Source: a virus
Length of the DNA: 64,000 nucleotides
Strand: one strand, 5' to 3'
IMG/VR virus record: IMGVR_UViG_3300008108_000036
A program made the translations under genes and the position numbers. A model generated the notes under the pieces. That model was not told the origin of the DNA, did not search any database, and worked only from the letters and a program-made list of their open reading frames with translations. Shown here one piece after another: positions 31,465 through 42,094 of the stretch (position 1 is the first letter of the stretch; each line of letters starts with the position of its first letter).

Positions 31465-32493
31465 ATGCAGAAAGACCAACAACAAGCGATGAAGCTATCC
31501 GAACTAACTGACTACTCTGTCCATATGCCTCACTTAAAATTTGAATATGACAGAGATTTTTATCCAGAAGATAATGAATTACCAGATCCTCAGGTAAATC
31601 CTGTAATTCCAGGAGCAAGGGTTCCTATTAATAAAGTTGGTGTATCCGGAGTAGATTTGCCTGTAAACTTTATTAGAAGAGACGGTAGCACAGAAAAGCT
31701 AACCACCTCAGTTTCTTTGTACGGTTCGCTTGACAGTCCTAACTCAAAAGGCCTGAATTTGAGTCGCTTTCCTATCGTAATGCACGAACAAATTGCAAAT
31801 CATTTGTCGATTGAGGGAATCAAGCTGATATTAGATGAGCTTCAAAAAAAGCAAGGATCTAAAGATATATATTGCAAAATGAAGTTTAAATACCCATGGA
31901 CTCAAAAAGCTTTGAGAACCAGAAAAGAATTACCAAGCGATGCTCCAACGGATCAAATCTTTAAAGTCGTAGATGGCGTAAATCTCAGTCACGAAAAGTT
32001 AGAAGGATACATTTTTTATGATTGTGTACTTGAAGGCCAAAAACACAATTTGGAATACAAATTCTTTTTGACTGTTAACTATGTTTACAGTTCAACTTGT
32101 CCATGCTCTTTTGAATTAGCTCAAGATGCTATTACTAGAAGAGGTAGAGCAGCAAACGGTCACAGTCAAAGATCAATAGCTAAGATTACGGTTCAATTTG
32201 ATCCTAATAAACCAATTTTTATAGAAGACGTCGTTGAGATGGCTAGACAACAAGTACCAACAGAAGTAGTGGTTATTTGTAAGCGTAGAGACGAACAAGC
32301 GTTTGCTGAGCTAAATGGTTCAAATCTTTTATTCACCGAAGATGCAATTAGATTGTTGTACGAGGGTTTAGATAATTTGTACGTCGAAAAAAGAATTTCA
32401 GATTTTAGTGTTGTTACTGACCACATTGAGTCTTTACATCCTTGGTCAGCAACAGCAGTTATAAGAAAAGGAATACCAGGAGGATTACATTAA
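31465..32493 (+). CDS. folE2: GTP cyclohydrolase IB (FolE2); start probably ATG 31465
   Basis: LPDPQ, INKVGV, KGLNLSR, SSTCPCS, HSQRS, KRRDE, EDAIR, ESLH; promoter TTGATT-N16-TACTAT at 31429-31456. Confidence 0.9.
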   Translation: MQKDQQQAMKLSELTDYSVHMPHLKFEYDRDFYPEDNELPDPQVNPVIPGARVPINKVGVSGVDLPVNFIRRDGSTEKLTTSVSLYGSLDSPNSKGLNLSRFPIVMHEQIANHLSIEGIKLILDELQKKQGSKDIYCKMKFKYPWTQKALRTRKELPSDAPTDQIFKVVDGVNLSHEKLEGYIFYDCVLEGQKHNLEYKFFLTVNYVYSSTCPCSFELAQDAITRRGRAANGHSQRSIAKITVQFDPNKPIFIEDVVEMARQQVPTEVVVICKRRDEQAFAELNGSNLLFTEDAIRLLYEGLDNLYVEKRISDFSVVTDHIESLHPWSATAVIRKGIPGGLH

Positions 32494-32499
32494 TAAATT

Positions 32500-32943
32500 A
32501 TGATTACTGAAGACAAACTCGCAGCAGCAACGATGGCTCAAATTTTCGGAAGTGAGCTTTTGAGAGTAGATCAAACAACCATGTCTGGTGAAGGACAAAG
32601 TATACCAGCAACCAGAATAGACCCTAAGAAAATTTTATTGGAAGGAACATCTAATAATCAACTTAGGATGTCACAAAAAGAGCAACAAATGATTGAAATG
32701 CTTCAAAGAGAAGCTGAATTGTCACATCCAATTCCTCAAGCTCCTATTGACCAATCAGCTCCTACAACTCTTCCTCAATCTTACGTTACTAACTTGCCTC
32801 AACAAAGTGCAGTTGTTGCAGATGCTGAGGTTAAAGACTATCTAAAATCAATTAGCGAAAGTCTTAAAAGAATTGCAGATCATGTTTGCAACAACGAACA
32901 GCAATCGATAACTATCAGAAAAAGAAATATTTTTGCTAAATGA
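32500..32943 (+). CDS. Hypothetical protein
   Basis: 147 aa ORF. Confidence 0.65.
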   Translation: MITEDKLAAATMAQIFGSELLRVDQTTMSGEGQSIPATRIDPKKILLEGTSNNQLRMSQKEQQMIEMLQREAELSHPIPQAPIDQSAPTTLPQSYVTNLPQQSAVVADAEVKDYLKSISESLKRIADHVCNNEQQSITIRKRNIFAK

Positions 32944-33659
32944 ATTTTAAAATTTCAAAAACTCATTTATTAGAGTTTTTGTTGGGTCCGGTTTCAAAAC
33001 TTTCGGACAACATTTGCTTATCTTTTGATAATAAAACCGGTGCAGTTAAAACATTAGTAACATCAACTGATAATTCTTTAGTTTTAATTGCTAAGCTGCC
33101 TTGCTCAACAGATTTTAACGAAAAATGCGTAATCCCAGACTGTAAAACGTTTTTACGGCTATTTTCTAATATAAACGATCCTGAAATAAATCTTAGTATT
33201 TGTGATAACTATGTCGAATACAAGAGTAATGACTTATCATTTAAATATCATTTATTAGATGAATCATACGTGATTAATAAAAGATCGTTAAGTGAAGAAA
33301 AAATAAACAATTTAAAATTTGATACGACATTCACTATTAATAAGCGCTTTTTTTCAGAAATTGCTAAATTTCATTCTATATTGCCAGATTCTGAAAAATT
33401 ATACTTTTATAACGATAAGCGAAAAGTAATGGCGAAGATAGGAGACGAACAAAAAGCTAATTCTAATGAATTGACGTTGGTGGCTTCAAATAGTTTTAGT
33501 GGTTCTGTTTTAACAACAGAATCTCCTATTAACATACAAAATATAATGTTGATGTCATTCGCAGAAGACGAGGTGGAGGTTAGTTTAAACCATGAGTTAA
33601 AAGTATATAAATTCAGCACAAGCTTAGTATCATATATTGCTTTTGGCTTGGTTAAGTAA
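32940..33659 (+). CDS. Sliding clamp gp45-like
   Basis: 239 aa, PCNA-like pattern (IPD.KTFL, FKYHL, SYIA), T4-like context. Confidence 0.7.
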   Translation: MNFKISKTHLLEFLLGPVSKLSDNICLSFDNKTGAVKTLVTSTDNSLVLIAKLPCSTDFNEKCVIPDCKTFLRLFSNINDPEINLSICDNYVEYKSNDLSFKYHLLDESYVINKRSLSEEKINNLKFDTTFTINKRFFSEIAKFHSILPDSEKLYFYNDKRKVMAKIGDEQKANSNELTLVASNSFSGSVLTTESPINIQNIMLMSFAEDEVEVSLNHELKVYKFSTSLVSYIAFGLVK

Positions 33660-33709
33660 TTTTACTTGCGAGTAGATAGATTTATTTGCCGTCTGCTCTA
33701 AATAAGTTT

Positions 33710-34036
33710 ATGGCTAATAAATTAACAACACTTGGATATACTCTTAAGCGTTTAAGAGACTCAGGTTATGTGGCTCATAAATTATTTTCTGATTATAGTG
33801 AGTCAGATACTCGCTCCTGGACAATTATGATTGATCCTGGAGGAGCTTCTGTGTTTTGTACGTGTTATGTTAATGATCCATATATAGGAGAAACGTTTTT
33901 TGAATTGTACGACGGTAATCAGTTTATTCCAACGAGACTTAAAATTCAAACGTCTTCGTTTGAAGTTATAGTAGAACAATTAGTCAAACTTGGAATTGTT
34001 GGAACTAATCCGATAAACATCGATAATTCTAAATAA
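33710..34036 (+). CDS. Conserved hypothetical protein
   Basis: ATG 33710, MANKLTTLGYTLKRLRDSGY. Confidence 0.65.
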   Translation: MANKLTTLGYTLKRLRDSGYVAHKLFSDYSESDTRSWTIMIDPGGASVFCTCYVNDPYIGETFFELYDGNQFIPTRLKIQTSSFEVIVEQLVKLGIVGTNPINIDNSK

Positions 34037-34042
34037 TTTGAT

Positions 34043-34411
34043 ATGTCACCTGAAGACAATCCTGACGAATCCGTTTCTGGCAAACATAGAAAAGGTAAAC
34101 CTGCAGTTAAACCAAAAAGATCAAAAAAAATAACTTCAGAAGAACTAGCAGCTCAGTTAATCGAACAAAAAAAACAACAAGCAATTTCTAAGCTTAGCCA
34201 ACAGGAGTTTCTTCAACAAAAAAGAAAGTTTAAAGATGTGAGCCACTTAGCATCAATAGCTGAAGAATATTTGAGTAGTTTTGCTTTAATAGGGTACTCA
34301 CTTCAAGATGAAAAAGTTGTAGTGCTCAACATGCCAACATCAAAAGACGAAGCAGCTTTAGTAGATTTAATACGAGCTACTTTTGTAGACTTAGCTAGCA
34401 ATCGACCGTAA
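34043..34411 (+). CDS. Hypothetical late protein
   Basis: TAAATA at 34030-34035. Confidence 0.65.
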   Translation: MSPEDNPDESVSGKHRKGKPAVKPKRSKKITSEELAAQLIEQKKQQAISKLSQQEFLQQKRKFKDVSHLASIAEEYLSSFALIGYSLQDEKVVVLNMPTSKDEAALVDLIRATFVDLASNRP

Positions 34412-34431
34412 TATCATAAATAAACCGGATT

Positions 34432-36441
34432 ATGTCCGACGCAATGTTATCTAGAGGTAGAGGCAGACCAAAAGGAGCGAAAAACAAACCAAAGAGAGGT
34501 CGACCAAAAGGATCTACCAAAAAAGTTATACAAACATCTCAGCAGAAAAGTGCTCTTTATTTGGAGCCGAATAAAGCACAACACACTCAAACTGCTGAAA
34601 GCGAATCGAGTTTAGATTCTTATTTAGACGATTCGAAGTTACTTGAACAAGGATTTAACTTGGATACGAATAAGATCATTAATAATGATCCCATAAATGC
34701 TTCGTTTTTTTATAGAGGATCTAAACATGTACCTATAGCAGGAGCTCAATATGAGTTTACTGCTGATATGATAACGGAAATGAAAAAATGCAAAGATGAT
34801 ATTGTGTATTTTGCAGAAAATTATTTTTTCATTGTTAGTTTAGATAGAGGTAAAGAAAAAATTTCTTTATATGAAGCTCAAAAAAGAGTATTAAGAACTT
34901 TCGTAAGAGAAAGACACGCCGTTGTATGCTCTTCAAGACAAATTGGTAAGTCAACGATGCTTACGGTATTTTCTTTATGGATGGTGTGCTTTAATACAGA
35001 TTATAGAGCAGCTATTGTTGCAAACAAAGAAACTACTGCAATTAACATTTTCAAACGGATAAGAATGGCTTATGAACAGCTTCCGAATTTTATTAAGCCT
35101 GGTGTTAAAGAATACGGAAAAACCGGATTAACGTTAGGAAACGACTCCAGCATTATTGTATCAACCACTACAGCTACGTCAATTAGAGGTGACTCGCTAA
35201 ATTGTGTTCTACTAGACGAGGCAGCATATATTGAAAGTCATCTTTTAGAGGATTTTTGGTCTTCTGTTATTCCTACAGTATCTTCAGGCAAAAATTCAAA
35301 AATATTAGTAGTTAGTACTCCTAATGGCATCGGCAATAAATTCTACGAAATATATTCTGGAGCGGAGGCTGGAAAGTTAAAGCAATGGAAATCGGAAAGA
35401 ATTGATTGGTGGGATGTTCCGGGGAGAGACGAAGCTTGGAAATTGACTCAAATCGAATTGCTAGGCTCGGAAGAAAAGTTTTTAGAGGAATATAATAACA
35501 CGTTTTTAGACGAGGCATCTTCTGCTGTTGGAGCCTCAGTAATTGAAGCGTTTAAACAAAATAAAAAAGAACCAATTTGGACTTCAGAATCAGGAGATTA
35601 CAATGTGTATGAAACTCCCAACAAAAGCCGCTTGTACGTAATAGGAGTAGACGTTGGAGAAGGAATTGGACGTGCAGCTTCAGTAGCTCAAGTGTTAGAC
35701 GTTACAGACCTACAGCACATTACACAAGTGGCTGTGTTTGGATCATCTACAATTGAACCATATCAATTTGCAAACAAGCTGTTAACATTAGCTAATTCGT
35801 GGGGCGCCCCTCCAATGTTGATAGAACGCAACAACTGTGGTGCTCAATTGATTGATGCTTTATTTCATCATCACAAATACGAAAAGTTAGTTTCATATTC
35901 AAAAATTTCCGAGCAAGACAGGTATAATAAAACAAGAAATATTGGAGTGCTATCTCATACTAATATACGTTTTGATGGAATTCAAAACATGAGATATTGG
36001 GTAAATCACCTTCAATGTGTTGCAATCAATGATGTAACTACAATTTCCGAGTTTGAGACATTTGTTCGGTTTCCGAATGGAAAATTTCGCAAAAAAAATG
36101 ATGCGTTTTTTGACGACCGAATAATGGCGTTAGTTTGGGCTTTATTCATTTTAACCCCAGAAATTTGTCAAGAATTTTTTACCATAGCCGATTACGACGA
36201 TCAGCAAAGGCCATTAAAAATAGAAAACAACGGCTATTGGGAAATTGATCCTGAAAAGTTTTTATTAAAAGAGTTAAACGAACACCAGAAATACATTACT
36301 GACGTTAAGCAATCTAGCGATGCTCCAGTGTTTCCGGTTCTAGGTGTTACTCAACAAGAACTTGATGAGCTTGATAAGTATTCTTTAGACGTAGATCAAT
36401 TAATAGAATCTGGCTATCAATTTTTTAATCCAAACAATTAA
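34432..36441 (+). CDS. Terminase large subunit gp17 with N-terminal AT-hook extension
   Basis: SRQIGKST, LLDEAA, STPNG, GVDVGEG, ERNN, DD; N-terminus GRGRPKG..KRGRPKG. Confidence 0.95.
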   Translation: MSDAMLSRGRGRPKGAKNKPKRGRPKGSTKKVIQTSQQKSALYLEPNKAQHTQTAESESSLDSYLDDSKLLEQGFNLDTNKIINNDPINASFFYRGSKHVPIAGAQYEFTADMITEMKKCKDDIVYFAENYFFIVSLDRGKEKISLYEAQKRVLRTFVRERHAVVCSSRQIGKSTMLTVFSLWMVCFNTDYRAAIVANKETTAINIFKRIRMAYEQLPNFIKPGVKEYGKTGLTLGNDSSIIVSTTTATSIRGDSLNCVLLDEAAYIESHLLEDFWSSVIPTVSSGKNSKILVVSTPNGIGNKFYEIYSGAEAGKLKQWKSERIDWWDVPGRDEAWKLTQIELLGSEEKFLEEYNNTFLDEASSAVGASVIEAFKQNKKEPIWTSESGDYNVYETPNKSRLYVIGVDVGEGIGRAASVAQVLDVTDLQHITQVAVFGSSTIEPYQFANKLLTLANSWGAPPMLIERNNCGAQLIDALFHHHKYEKLVSYSKISEQDRYNKTRNIGVLSHTNIRFDGIQNMRYWVNHLQCVAINDVTTISEFETFVRFPNGKFRKKNDAFFDDRIMALVWALFILTPEICQEFFTIADYDDQQRPLKIENNGYWEIDPEKFLLKELNEHQKYITDVKQSSDAPVFPVLGVTQQELDELDKYSLDVDQLIESGYQFFNPNN

Positions 36442-36445
36442 CAAC

Positions 36446-37021
36446 ATGGAGTGCATAAACCCTGAAATACAGTCTCCTTTAAATTTATCATCAAAAGATA
36501 AATTTATTCTTGTATTAACTCTTCCGCAAGCTTTAAGAGAGCTTAAAAGTCAGGATCCATTACTCGATGTAGAGTATTTGCAAATGACTGTATATGGCTC
36601 AGTGGTTCCTGATACTTCAGTGCCTCCAATAGAAGTTAGATACGGAGGGCAAAGTACTAATTTCTCTTCTTATTCTAGACCAAATTATGCTCCGTTAACC
36701 GTGAATTTCATGATTGACAATGAGTTTAAGAACTATTATATTTTATGGAAATGGCTAGCAATTCTAAATGATCCAAGAGAGAGTTTGTATAAAGGACCAA
36801 ACAAACGAGCAGACCAATACAACACAGAGTATCAAACAAATTTCGTAATTCAAGCTATGAATGAATACAATGGAATTTCTATGGAATTTCATTATTATAA
36901 TGCGTTTATAACAGGATTAAAGGGTATATCATACTCTTACAAAGATAGTGAATTAGCAGAAACTTCAGCTGAATTTAGTTTCGGACAACTTGATCTAGTT
37001 AAGCCAATTAAACAAAATTAA
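36446..37021 (+). CDS. Tail tube terminator/tail completion protein (gp3-like)
   Basis: LTVNFMIDNEFKNY..LWKW, NAF.T.L....Y tube-family pattern. Confidence 0.7.
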   Translation: MECINPEIQSPLNLSSKDKFILVLTLPQALRELKSQDPLLDVEYLQMTVYGSVVPDTSVPPIEVRYGGQSTNFSSYSRPNYAPLTVNFMIDNEFKNYYILWKWLAILNDPRESLYKGPNKRADQYNTEYQTNFVIQAMNEYNGISMEFHYYNAFITGLKGISYSYKDSELAETSAEFSFGQLDLVKPIKQN

Positions 37022-37067
37022 ATACCCTTAGAAAAAAAAATATCAACAGAATAGATAAGTAATTTAT

Positions 37068-39227
37068 ATGAGAATCATCACATCACCAGGCGTTCAAATC
37101 ACAGAAAAAGATTTATCATTAAAAGCCAACATGCCAGCCGGAACAAACATTTTAGTTTCTGGTTTTGCTAATCAGGGTCCAGTAAATGAACCAATCATGA
37201 TTACATCAGCAACAGAATTCGAAAACGTATATGGCACACCAACAACACCAGCTGAAAGATATTTTTATTATACTTGTAAAGAAGTATTAAATTCTCCAGG
37301 AGTATTAACAACTCTTCGTTTACCTTATGGTGCAGGAGATGGATCAGAGGTTGCTGAAAATGTGCACACCGCTCTTTTTTATCCAATGATGGAAGAAACA
37401 ATAGACGTAGACGGCAAATTTGGATATCCTGTTGGTGCTGGAACAATAACTCAATGGAGAATTGGCAAACCAGTTGCGATGAATTTAACAGATGATGAAT
37501 ATGAACTAGCTCAAAAAGGAAACATTGATTGGGCAGAAACCTCCAACGGGAACACAGTCATTAAAGATAGCAATGGATATAATGCAGGGTTTGTGGTATT
37601 AAATGACGCTCATGCTGTAGTTAATGAAATGTCAGAAGGATATTACTTTGGACTTTGTGACAACCTTGCTGTTTTATCTTCAGATTCTCCTGACTTTGAA
37701 TCAATTCAAAAAGCATGGACTTTAAATGATGATACAGGAACTTTATATGACCTCCCAGAATCACGTTTAGATTTTCATTTAGCTGCAACAAAAGAAGATA
37801 GCGATAATGGAATAACCTCAGTTTCAGAATCACTAGAAAAAGTTGGTTTCGTTGGATATGAAACTCCTTCTTTTCACGATCACATTTCTTTAGGTCTCTT
37901 TAAAGTTAGACGCTCTACTGTAGATCCTTCTTTACTAACTTTAGGTACTACGGAAAGATATATTGGCTCATTTGACCTAAACAGACGAGTAGCTAATCAA
38001 AGAGGAGGTATGCCAGTAAGTTCTTTCTTAGAAGACATTATTAACAACGCTTCTCCAGCTTTTAAAATTTTCATTAATCCAAAAGTTTCTAATGATTTCG
38101 TTTGGTCTGTTGCAAGCAAGTCGGAGCCTACTGCAAGAATTGCCGTTGATGACGAAGCTAAAGCGTTATTTCCTGTAGGAACGTTTTCGCCTAACACTCG
38201 TGCTGCTGATGACGCCAAAATAATTGGTGTTGTTCCAGGAAAGCTCGACAGAGCATTAAGAACTTTAGAAGCAATCGACGACGTAACAATCGATGTAGTA
38301 ACAGACGGAGGTCTTTCAACTATATATGCATGTACAGAGACTCCTGGAGTTGCATCATTTAATGACGAGACATACGTTGCCGATCCAAAAGCACCAGCTT
38401 TACTAGAAAATTGGCAGTCTGTTGCGAATATGTTAATAAATTTCTCGCAAAACATTCGTAAGGATTGCATGACAATCGTCGATCCGCTACGTCAAACATT
38501 CGTAAACGGAAGAGACTCCAAAACAATTGATTTAAAGTCTAAAACATTTACAGATGATATTTATTCACCTTTAAGAAAGCAAGCATCAATCGAATCCAAT
38601 TATACAGCAATGTATGCAAACTGGATTAAAATCAGCGATTTATTCACTGGAAGAAAACTTTGGGTTCCTTTCTCAGGATATGCAGCTGCTATTTATGCTA
38701 GAACAGATGCAGTCGAAAATCCTTGGGCAGCTCCAGCTGGTATGACAAGAGGAACATTCCTCTGCTTAGATGTAGCTTTAAACCCAAATCAAAAGCAAAG
38801 AGATAGACTATATGAGATCGGAACAAACCCAGTCGTATTTTTTAACGGAGACGGTTATGTTGTAATGGGACAAAAAACACTACAAAAGAAACCTTCAGCA
38901 TTTGATCGCGTAAACGTTCGTAGATTATTCTTATTCTTAGAACGCGCAGTTCAAAGAACCGTTAAATACTTTGTGTTTGAACCAAACACAGACTTAACAA
39001 GAGCTCGTGTAAAAGCAGTTATAGATCCAATTTTTGCATATGCAAAATATTCACAAGGATTATATGACTATATGATTGTAGTAGACTCTAGAAATAACAC
39101 TCCTGATACAATTGATCAAAACGAGCTTATTGTGGACATCTACATCAAACCAGTTAGAACTGCTGAATTTATCTTAGTAAACTTCATTGCAACACGCACT
39201 GGACAGAACTTCACAGAATTAGTTTAA
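37068..39227 (+). CDS. Tail sheath protein gp18
   Basis: SPGVQITEKDLS, WAAPAG..RG, GQKTLQ, FDRVNVRRLF, FEPN, IYIKP.RTAEFI. Confidence 0.96.
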   Translation: MRIITSPGVQITEKDLSLKANMPAGTNILVSGFANQGPVNEPIMITSATEFENVYGTPTTPAERYFYYTCKEVLNSPGVLTTLRLPYGAGDGSEVAENVHTALFYPMMEETIDVDGKFGYPVGAGTITQWRIGKPVAMNLTDDEYELAQKGNIDWAETSNGNTVIKDSNGYNAGFVVLNDAHAVVNEMSEGYYFGLCDNLAVLSSDSPDFESIQKAWTLNDDTGTLYDLPESRLDFHLAATKEDSDNGITSVSESLEKVGFVGYETPSFHDHISLGLFKVRRSTVDPSLLTLGTTERYIGSFDLNRRVANQRGGMPVSSFLEDIINNASPAFKIFINPKVSNDFVWSVASKSEPTARIAVDDEAKALFPVGTFSPNTRAADDAKIIGVVPGKLDRALRTLEAIDDVTIDVVTDGGLSTIYACTETPGVASFNDETYVADPKAPALLENWQSVANMLINFSQNIRKDCMTIVDPLRQTFVNGRDSKTIDLKSKTFTDDIYSPLRKQASIESNYTAMYANWIKISDLFTGRKLWVPFSGYAAAIYARTDAVENPWAAPAGMTRGTFLCLDVALNPNQKQRDRLYEIGTNPVVFFNGDGYVVMGQKTLQKKPSAFDRVNVRRLFLFLERAVQRTVKYFVFEPNTDLTRARVKAVIDPIFAYAKYSQGLYDYMIVVDSRNNTPDTIDQNELIVDIYIKPVRTAEFILVNFIATRTGQNFTELV

Positions 39228-39272
39228 TCAACTTAACCCGTCAAATATAACAATCAACAATAAATAAAATAT

Positions 39273-39917
39273 ATGGCATCCTCAACTAAAAGAAATTTAA
39301 CAGACTTCTACGACAATGCAATCAGAAGAGATTTCGCGAGAGTTTTTCAGTTCTCTCTTCTGCAAATCGGCAATACAAGCTTTCTTGATGACGATCAATT
39401 AGTATACGTAGAAACAGCAGCATTACCAGGAAAATCAATCAACAACGTTGCTGTTCCTTACATGGGTCTTCAATTTAACGTTCCTGGCACAATATCGTAT
39501 CCAGGATCTGACTCATATAATATTCAGTTCCGTTGCGATGCTGATTATCAAATACGTGGTCAGCTCGAAGAAGCTCTCAGACAAGTTTGGGACGACAACA
39601 CATCAACTGGCGAATACGGAATCCCAAGCACTGCTAGTATTATGTCTTTAGCATTATATGACAAAGGCTCTAAATTTACCGACGATAGGAAAAACATTCG
39701 TCAGTATGACTTTTATGGAATGTATGTCAAAACTCTTAGCGACGCTCAATACGACATTAAAGATAATGGAGCAATCGTAACGATTACTGCAACCATTGCA
39801 TATCAATACTGGAGAGTAACGGGCGGTTCCAACAGCACAGCAGAGAACAGAGCAAGTAACATTGCTGCACCACTTCCTTCCCTCCGCAATCAAGTCAGTC
39901 CTCAACCAACTGCTTAA
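39273..39917 (+). CDS. Tail tube protein gp19
   Basis: TAALPG, VPYMG, PG, T.AYQYW; follows the sheath gene. Confidence 0.85.
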   Translation: MASSTKRNLTDFYDNAIRRDFARVFQFSLLQIGNTSFLDDDQLVYVETAALPGKSINNVAVPYMGLQFNVPGTISYPGSDSYNIQFRCDADYQIRGQLEEALRQVWDDNTSTGEYGIPSTASIMSLALYDKGSKFTDDRKNIRQYDFYGMYVKTLSDAQYDIKDNGAIVTITATIAYQYWRVTGGSNSTAENRASNIAAPLPSLRNQVSPQPTA

Positions 39918-39942
39918 TACACCATATATTATATATAAAATT

Positions 39943-39975
39943 AAAAAGACCCGGAAATACCGGGTCTTTTTTTTT
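39943..39975 (+). terminator. Rho-independent terminator
   Basis: AAAAGACCCGG-AAATA-CCGGGTCTTTT plus T-run. Confidence 0.88.
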
Positions 39976-40010
39976 GTTGAAATGTTTACTCTCTCTAGTA
40001 TAGTCTTAAT

Positions 40011-40364
40011 GTGAAAAAAGTTATAAAGCCGGCCGAAAGAGAGGAAAGCGTTCACTACTCTGATGTTTCAGGAAAAATGTTTGGAGAATGTGGTCCGTCT
40101 GTAGAAGTTAAAATTGAATTTAATTACGAATCTGCACATGATGGTTCTTCATTAGTCTTTCATCTAACAGATGAAGAAGTTCTAGAATGGCTAAAAGAGT
40201 TAAAGCCTAAGCTAAACGAAAATTATAAAAGCACTCTTCAAGCTCAATTAAAAAAAGAAGAACAAAAATATGACGATAGCGTACAGAGTAGAGACTGGAT
40301 GAGCTGCAATTATTATCACAATTCGTCAGAATTGCTGCACTTTATGTTAGACCTCCATGAATAA
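40011..40364 (+). CDS. Hypothetical early protein (GTG start)
   Basis: Promoter TTGAAA(39977)-N16-TATAGT, GTG 6 nt later. Confidence 0.65.
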   Translation: MKKVIKPAEREESVHYSDVSGKMFGECGPSVEVKIEFNYESAHDGSSLVFHLTDEEVLEWLKELKPKLNENYKSTLQAQLKKEEQKYDDSVQSRDWMSCNYYHNSSELLHFMLDLHE

Positions 40365-41262
40365 AAATATATTAATTTTAGGCAAAGGATATATTGGCAC
40401 ATATTTAGCTTCATACCTAAAATCCAACAATAACAATGTAGTCCATATATCCAAATCAGATTTAGATTACACTAACCCAGCAAACTTTGAGCTTTTGCTT
40501 AAAAAGCACAATGAAACATATCATGGCAGAATTGATTGGGTAATAAACTGCTCAGCGTATACTGGCAATCCAAGCATAGATAGCTGTGAAGATCATAAAG
40601 AAGATTGCTTCAATTACAATGTCTTAGTCCCCTTGCACCTAACTAAGGTGTGTAATAACATAAACATACCAATAATACATTTTTCTACAGGATGTTTATA
40701 TGAAGGTTATGAAAAAATTTTTACCGAACAAGATGTGCCTAATCTTGGTATAGATTGTTACGGTTCTTCATTCTATTCTAAAACTAAAGATTGTTTTGAA
40801 AGATTATCTAGTTCTATGCAAAGGCATATTTTCAGAATTAGACTGCCTTTTAACGGGGTTTATGAACCAAAAAACTACTTATTTAAACTCATAAACTATG
40901 ATAACATAACTTCAAATCAAAACTCTATAACATGCGTTGATGATCTGTTAGTATTTGTGGACAAATTTACAGACTTATCAGACAAACTCCCACAAACTGG
41001 AATTTATAATGTAGTAAATACAGGGTCAGTTGACAATTTTACCGTGTTAGACATGCTTAAAGAACGAGGTATTTCAAACAAAAAATGGAAATTTATTTCT
41101 GAATTAGAACTTAATCTTAAAGCAAAACGAAGTAACTGCATCATTTCTACTGAAAAAATTAAGTTGCTTAATTTAGAATTACCGTCTGTTACAACTAGTT
41201 TAAAAAAATCTATAGATTTAATATATAAACAGTGGACCAAACTGAATAAGGGAGTAAAGTAA
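40357..41262 (+). CDS. RmlD-like NAD(P)-dependent nucleotide-sugar reductase/epimerase
   Basis: LGKGYIG, STGC.Y, FYSKTK (YxxxK), RIRLP. Confidence 0.85.
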   Translation: MNKNILILGKGYIGTYLASYLKSNNNNVVHISKSDLDYTNPANFELLLKKHNETYHGRIDWVINCSAYTGNPSIDSCEDHKEDCFNYNVLVPLHLTKVCNNINIPIIHFSTGCLYEGYEKIFTEQDVPNLGIDCYGSSFYSKTKDCFERLSSSMQRHIFRIRLPFNGVYEPKNYLFKLINYDNITSNQNSITCVDDLLVFVDKFTDLSDKLPQTGIYNVVNTGSVDNFTVLDMLKERGISNKKWKFISELELNLKAKRSNCIISTEKIKLLNLELPSVTTSLKKSIDLIYKQWTKLNKGVK

Positions 41263-41267
41263 TTTTT

Positions 41268-41870
41268 ATGGGAATGTTCGACTACATTAATTGCAAATAT
41301 CCTTTGCCTGTACCGCAAGAGTTGCTGGGTTTAAATGTAGATTGGTCTTCTAAGGAATTTCAAACAAAAGATTTAGAAAATTATTTAGGAAATTATGTAA
41401 TATCAGAAGACGGTCAGCTCTTAGAACACATTGAAGAGAAAGAATACATTCCTTACACAGAAGAGGAAAGAAAAGCTAAAGGAGCCAAATCCTGGGATTT
41501 TTGGAAAGATGTTGTAACTAAGAATGTATATGACAAAAAAATTGAACATCACGGCACAATTAGCTTTTATACGGACGTGAGCATTACAGATGAAGAAGAT
41601 GCATTTGTAGATTTTCGGGCATATTTCATTTATGGTAAATTAGATAAAATTGATTTTATTAACATGCAAAAGACTAAATCATCTTCAGTTAGAATGCATG
41701 AATGGGACAAAAAAAGAGAAGAAGAAAAATCTAAATTGTGGTTTAAAACAAAATCAGTTCTATCATATCTCGGATGGAAATGGTTTTGGAAAAAAGTCGC
41801 AAACGTTAGCTATAAAATCTCTAGAATGTTCTCTTCAATTCAATATTTTATTACAAGATATTTTATTTAA
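41268..41870 (+). CDS. Conserved hypothetical phage protein
   Basis: MGMFDYINCKYPLP...FQTKDL. Confidence 0.7.
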   Translation: MGMFDYINCKYPLPVPQELLGLNVDWSSKEFQTKDLENYLGNYVISEDGQLLEHIEEKEYIPYTEEERKAKGAKSWDFWKDVVTKNVYDKKIEHHGTISFYTDVSITDEEDAFVDFRAYFIYGKLDKIDFINMQKTKSSSVRMHEWDKKREEEKSKLWFKTKSVLSYLGWKWFWKKVANVSYKISRMFSSIQYFITRYFI

Positions 41871-41873
41871 ATT

Positions 41874-42092
41874 ATGAATTGTATTTCAGAACATTCCCAA
41901 GGTTCAATTAAATTTGTTTACTACAATGCTGGACAAAGCTTTTCTGAGTTAAGTTCTCCAGAAACAAAAATTTGCTACGAAATAAATGCAGAATGCAATT
42001 TAACAGAAGCTTGTAAGGCGTTTGAGAATTTTTTGCTTGCATGCGGATTTAGATTAAATGAAGGGGAGACATTAAAAATAACAACCGAATAA
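41874..42092 (+). CDS. Hypothetical protein
   Basis: 72 aa, FENFLLACGF. Confidence 0.6.
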   Translation: MNCISEHSQGSIKFVYYNAGQSFSELSSPETKICYEINAECNLTEACKAFENFLLACGFRLNEGETLKITTE

Positions 42093-42094
42093 AT

